NCBI GenBank assembly: GCA_964016885.1
Contig: OZ024745.1
Coordinates: 88,040,001 to 88,104,000, forward strand
Reading direction: 5' to 3'
From: Eledone cirrhosa
Taxonomy: Eukaryota
DNA length: 64,000 nt
Part shown: positions 58,431 to 64,000 of the stretch, piece after piece
Position numbering within the stretch: position 1 is the stretch's first letter
Layout of the letters: the number at the start of each line of letters is the position of its first letter
Position numbers and translations under genes: made by a program
Notes under the pieces: generated by a model
The model's input: the letters and a program-made list of their open reading frames with translations, nothing else
The model's database searches: none
What the model was told of the DNA's origin: nothing

Positions 58431-58469
<39 letters not shown>

Positions 58470-58580
58470 CGAAGGAAATGTGGTAAAGGTCCAGGTGGAC
58501 CATAGCGCACCAAAGTACTCAATACTTAGGGTAGTAGAGTGGGTAATAGGAACGAATAGAACGATGGGGTCCTACTCGTT

Positions 58581-58628
<48 letters not shown>

Positions 58629-58991
58629 ATATATATATTGGTATAATTTAGAAGGGTCATGCTGCTAATTTACATACACGCACCTGTTGGTCTTCTCTTC
58701 AATTTCTTATAAATGCCCGGTTGGTTGGTTCCATAACCGGATGGTTGTTTATATATTGTCAAAGCTCTTTCATCACACACTCTGTGAACTCTATGAGTGA
58801 TTTTTTATGATGTGTCTCTCCTTTGTTCTATCTTACACCATCTTGTTTTTGTGTGTTAAGAAATCTTGCAAAACAATTTCAAAAACAAAGTATATACACA
58901 TATATATATATATATATATGTAAAAATCAGTAAAAAACTAGACAAGAAGATATTGACAGAAGAATTTATAGTCTATTTTTAATATGTTTCT

Positions 58992-59108
<117 letters not shown>

Positions 59109-59880
59109 GGTGTGTTGGTGTGTGTGTGTATGTGCGTACATATATATTTATATATTTATATGTATGTGTGGGTGCGTGTGCGTGTGTGTTTGAATGTGCG
59201 TGTGTGTGTGAGGGGGAGGTGGTGCGTGTATATATGCGTGCATGTGAGCACATGTCTTTCTTTATCTATATGTGTGTACATGTGTCTTTCTCTATCTATA
59301 TGTGTGTTCGCGTGTATATATATCTAGCTGTGTATTTGCTTGTGTGTGACTGATATATATGTACTACTTACTATACGTAGATATAGTTATATATGGAATA
59401 ATATTTCTTAAAGTGAATACAATCAGATTTAGAACAACCAGACTGGCAAGTCAGATATTCATAGTCTACGGTCACGTAATGCCTTCGTCAGCCAAATAGA
59501 AAAAGATTAGAAGAATTATTGATGTTGTTGCACACAAAAAAGTGATGATATATGAAAACAAAACTGCAACATATTAAATGTGTACACATTTTTTGATCAT
59601 ATCGATGAAATCAAAATCAAAAATAGTGTTTTAAATTAACTTATAGAAATGAGCTATCATAGTCATTATATAGGCAGATATTTCGTAATTAAATCTAAAA
59701 ATCTTTTTTTTTCGTGCAAATCTTTATGTGACTATACACATGTGTATGAGATTGTCATGATAGACAATTGTGGCGGCGAGCTTCTGTTTTCAAATAATCT
59801 TCCATACACACACTCTCTCCCATTCACACATAGCGCAATGAGGCTGTTTGCTTGCAAACGAATGGAATATTATTATTATG

Positions 59881-60078
59881 TGGATTGGCGGTAGATTGGC
59901 AGTATCGGTAGAGGGTCTGAGATCACGCTTTGTAACATAGTTACGCCCCTTTACAGTCTGAGTTCAAATCCCACCGAGGTTAACTTTGCCTTTTATCCTT
60001 ACGGGGTCTATAAAATAAAGTACCAGTAATACACTGGGGTTATTGCTGGCAATGTGCCACAAGTAGAAACATTTATTA
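59881..60078 (+). mobile_element. tRNA-derived SINE
   Basis: Same consensus as 53317-53502. Confidence 0.88.
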
Positions 60079-60394
60079 TTCGATACAAAACTCATGAATA
60101 CATTTACGTATCCTCTATGTTAGAACGAAAAACCAGATTCTAATTTTGTTTTTAAATGTGACAAACCCAGCCGTAAAAACGCTCGATATACAAATAAGGT
60201 TAATCAGCCGATGCATATTTTAGAGAATACTGAATAATCTCAAGAGTTCTAGTAAGTGGCAGAAAGAGATACTCAATCTTGACAAAGGGAAATAATCCAG
60301 AAGCAACGTTCTTGATTGTTTTTCTCTGTCACCGCTAGAACAAACGATGACGGTCATCTAAAAAACATAGTGTAATGAAGGTTGCTTGCAAACG

Positions 60395-60565
60395 TGTAGA
60401 GGGTCGGACCCCATGCTTTGCAGCATAGAGTTATGGCCCTTTATGTACTGAGTTCAAATCCCCCCGAGGTTAACTTTACCTTTCATCCTTACGGGGTCGA
60501 TAAAATAAAGCGCTAGTAATGCACTGGGGTAATTGGTGGCCTTGTGCCAAAAAGTATGAAACACA
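60395..60565 (+). mobile_element. tRNA-derived SINE, part of a local duplication with 59849-60150
   Basis: SINE consensus; shares flanks TGCTTGCAAACG and ACATTTACGTATCC..TTCTAATTTTG. Confidence 0.8.
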
Positions 60566-60839
60566 CGAACACATTTACGTATCCGCTATGTTAGAGCGAA
60601 AAACCAAATTCTAATTTTGCTTATATATATATAATAATACAACCAGCTATCCACGAAATACTGATTAGTTAGCACCCCAAACACTAAATTGGGAGAATAC
60701 TTAGGTATATCCTAATGTTTGAGTGAGATGGAGTTGGTCAGAGTATCGCTTAAGGCTTTCTCTGTTCATGTATTAAATATATACTCTTGGTGGCCAGATA
60801 TGATTTCCAGATATAAAGTATGACTTTCTTTATTGTCAT

Positions 60840-61020
60840 TGGATTGGCAGTATTGGTAGAGGGTCGGACGCCATGCTTTCACGTATAGAATTACTTGCCA
60901 TTCTGAGTTCAAATCCCGCCAAGGTTAACTTTGCCTTTCATCCTTACGGGGTCGATAAAATAAAGTACCAGTATTGCACTGGGTAATTGCTGGCCTTGTG
61001 CCTAACGTAGAAACAATTAT
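60840..61020 (+). mobile_element. tRNA-derived SINE
   Basis: Same consensus as 53317-53502. Confidence 0.88.
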
Positions 61021-61412
61021 TTTTATATGAAATACTAATTGATTTTCCCTATATCCCATGTCTGCTTTTTTAGCCTTAGAGAATATCTATGTGTATATAG
61101 GTGGTCCATACATGTATTAATTATATTTTAATATCTCTATGTGTGCATCGATCGTGTTTACATATATTTATTCTCTTAATATCCAATTGAGTTCTTAAAC
61201 ACGTGGTTATAATACCTAACAGGTTTAAATGACCAGCGTGTATATTGTTTTATATTTTAAGATGACCTCTCCTTACCCTCTTGGGGGCAGCGTGTATCTT
61301 ATCTTTATAAGGACTGCTGGCCTTTCGAATCTACCAGTCTCTTTAGCGCTGAAGGAGACCATCACTAATTTATTAATGTCGATGTAATTTTTATATCGAT
61401 ATTATTTGTGCA

Positions 61413-61536
61413 TCCACTGATGAGTTTATAAGGGCCCGCTTGTGTATAGGACTATGGATTATATACAAGTTTCTATATAAGCTGGACATTATTTATCCCA
61501 AATTGTAGAAATCTTATAACGAAACGATCGTCTGGA
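61413..61536 (+). ncRNA. Minimal hammerhead with ~95-nt stem II domain (family F)
   Basis: tcca CTGATGA gtttataag...cttataac GAAA c-gatc-g TC tgga; lies between direct repeats 60631-60785 and 61572-61690. Confidence 0.78.
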
Positions 61537-61778
61537 ACGAAAGAGATATTTATTTAATTATGTCTCATATAAAATAATACAACCAGCTATCCTCGAAATA
61601 CTGATTAGTTAGCACCCCAAACACTAAATTGGGGAGATGGAGTTTACCAGAGTATCGCTTAAGGCTTTCTCTGTTAATGTATTAAATATATAAATATGTA
61701 TATATATATCGATATATATCAAAATAGTCTCTTACAATCAAATAGCTCAAGAAAAGAAATTTTTCGGGCCGTGTAATG

Positions 61779-62270
61779 TAATTGAATATAAAAGAGAGAT
61801 AAACACAGATATATACATATATGTATCCAAATTGTAAGGGACCAAATTCGCTAGGGTGAAAAAAATACTAACTATGGACAATAGGGTTTGTCAGACTCAA
61901 TTTAAAAGAATAAATTAAGTAAAAAGATACAAACCGAAATCGTGACAACTATCAGACACCCATACAGTTTTTGGTAATGCTATTTCGCAATTTAGTGATA
62001 GGGAATTACCAATTCTATTGCTCTTCAGTGGGTGTGAAATTAGTAAATCCTTCACTTCTAAGTAACTCAGAAGACTGAATGGTGTGCGTCTATAAATTAA
62101 AGCACATGGCATCCAGAACCTATCGTGTCTCATAAAACGTATCTACTAAAAATAGCATTCAAGATCACTCGACATTCAAAATAGTTCACCAAATTCAGGG
62201 AATCTGTTCCCTTACGGTTTGAACACATATATGTATATATCTGTGTTTATCTCTCTTTTATATTCAATTA
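61779..62270. repeat. Foldback element (family D) with a minus-strand hammerhead at 61956-62035
   Basis: Terminal ~70 bp inverted arms; acaccca CTGAAGA gcaat..attgc GAAA tag..ctg TA tgggtgt; homologous to 37870-38205. Confidence 0.82.
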
Positions 62271-62289
62271 TATTTATCTATATATATAT

Positions 62290-62366
<77 letters not shown>

Positions 62367-62748
62367 GCTTATTCTTGTCTCAACACCAAATGAGTAAACA
62401 TGTTTATTTCTGGCGTTCTCACACGGCTTCTGAGATATGTGTCACATGACCCCAGCTTAAAACATTCCTAGCTGTGTTATTCGCTGGTTTAAAATGTGTT
62501 GTTTTCTATTCTTGACCCTTCTACAATTACCAGAACTGTCTCCTTTCATCCGAATTAGAAGGCCGTGTCTTTCTTCACATTCCCGTTATTTTACTACAAA
62601 CATCGATCTATAGAAATTTCACACGGGAACTGAATTTCATCGATCACATCATATCAGTCTGTGAAATTATAGACATTCATAGACACGTCTCCTCCTTCTC
62701 CTTCCCAGTAATTGATAACAAAAATTCCCCCCAAACCAAACAAACAAA

Positions 62749-62786
<38 letters not shown>

Positions 62787-63410
62787 CATACATGCAATAC
62801 ATAAAAGAACATGTGACTAGACTGAAGCAGAAACATATGTGTATACACTTCACTGTTGGAAAGCAGAGTTCAGTTGAGTGAAGCTGATCGTCTAGGCTTG
62901 AAGCCATCTCTTGTGTCTATAAGGTGAAAACAAAGTAAATAGCCTGTAGCTCAGGTAACTACTCTGAGAGCTCTCCTCAGAGTGCAGACATGATATATCT
63001 CATTTATGGACGGAGATGGATGGCTAATGTACATATTTGTATTTGTATCTGTGTAAGCAGGTTTACTATTTTATTTTTTAGTTTTTAACCAAAGAAAATA
63101 TAAGAAGGTTTTCTCTTTCCTAGAAATATACTGATATATTTATGCATTATGTGCTGTTTGTTAGCACATATGTGATTATGGCATGTCACTAGCATTACTA
63201 CTTAAAAAAAGACTGTGGCATCGTAGAGTGAGATCGATAAACCTGAAGACAAAATAGTGAAAGGATGTGATAGATTCAATATTGATTATTTCACACAGGA
63301 ATTACTTCTTAGTAGCTCCTAATCGGTTTTCTTTATTCTCATGTCTCTCTCTCCTTACACACACACACACACATACATACACACATACATACACACGCCA
63401 CACACACACG

Positions 63411-63444
<34 letters not shown>

Positions 63445-63499
63445 ATATATATATATATATGCCTCAAAAACATCATTCACTGCACTCCTCCAAATCACC

Positions 63500-63748
63500 A
63501 CTCCTCCTCCTTCTCCTCCACCACCTCATCATCATCATCATCACCATCATTGCCAGTATCGCATTCTTCTTCTTCTTCTTCTTCTTCTTCTTCTTCTTCT
63601 TCTTCTTCTTCTTCTTCTTCTTCTTCTTCTTCTTCTTCTTCTTCTTTCCGCCAATACATCTACATATGTTGTTATTTTTCTGTAGGAATGTCCATAAATA
63701 AAGAAATCGATTGAGAGCAGCCATCCAGTCATCCATGTCTCTAGCCAA

Positions 63749-63779
<31 letters not shown>

Positions 63780-63885
63780 TCTCTCTAGCCAACCAGCCAG
63801 CCAACCAGACAGCCAGCCAGACAACCAACAATCTAGCCAACCATCCATCTCTCTAGCCAACAAACCAATCACCCATCCAACCAGT
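63500..63885. repeat. Compound microsatellites (CTC/CAT, (TTC)n, (CCAG)n/(CCAT)n)
   Basis: Read directly. Confidence 0.9.
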
Positions 63886-64000
63886 TAATCAATCGAAACC
63901 AATCAATAAATCGAAACATGAACGTGTAACTCTCTCTTTCTTTTCACTATTCATATTATACATATATATATATACGATATTGACAAATGGAAACTATATT

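Larger units (their letters stand above)
53990..58436 (+). mobile_element. Near full-length Penelope-like element (Nematis-like) with ~575 bp direct pLTRs, inserted in TA repeats
   Basis: pLTRs ~53990-54565 and ~57858-58436, each with TATAAA, a hammerhead and AATAAA; RT-GIY-YIG pseudogene between them. Confidence 0.9.

Overview
AT-rich eukaryotic non-genic DNA full of (TA)n/(CA)n microsatellites. The tRNA-derived SINE resembles octopod SINEs, so this is probably a cephalopod (inference). I see no host gene. The window is a graveyard of mobile elements. It holds two decayed autonomous Helitrons (Rep-Pif1, both with 23-aa STPR-like N-terminal repeats) plus a non-autonomous Helitron 5' end, two Tx1/L1-clade LINEs, and a Dong/R4 RLE element whose (AAT)n tail hosts one Tx1 copy. 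It also holds a young RTE-group LINE with an open RT frame, a non-autonomous RTE derivative, two Penelope-like elements (RT + GIY-YIG) and several SINEs. The most striking signal lies between ~25 and 62 kb: about 11 unrelated families of short modules carry type I hammerhead-ribozyme motifs (CUGANGA...GAAA...UH), mostly the minimal form with a palindromic loop III. Most modules lack an ORF; two families are the terminal repeats of the Penelope-like elements. Many modules are head-to-head foldbacks with their 3' ends at or near (TA)n, and several share a short stem-loop ~40-60 nt from the TA junction. All alignments and folds were done by eye, so element boundaries are approximate.
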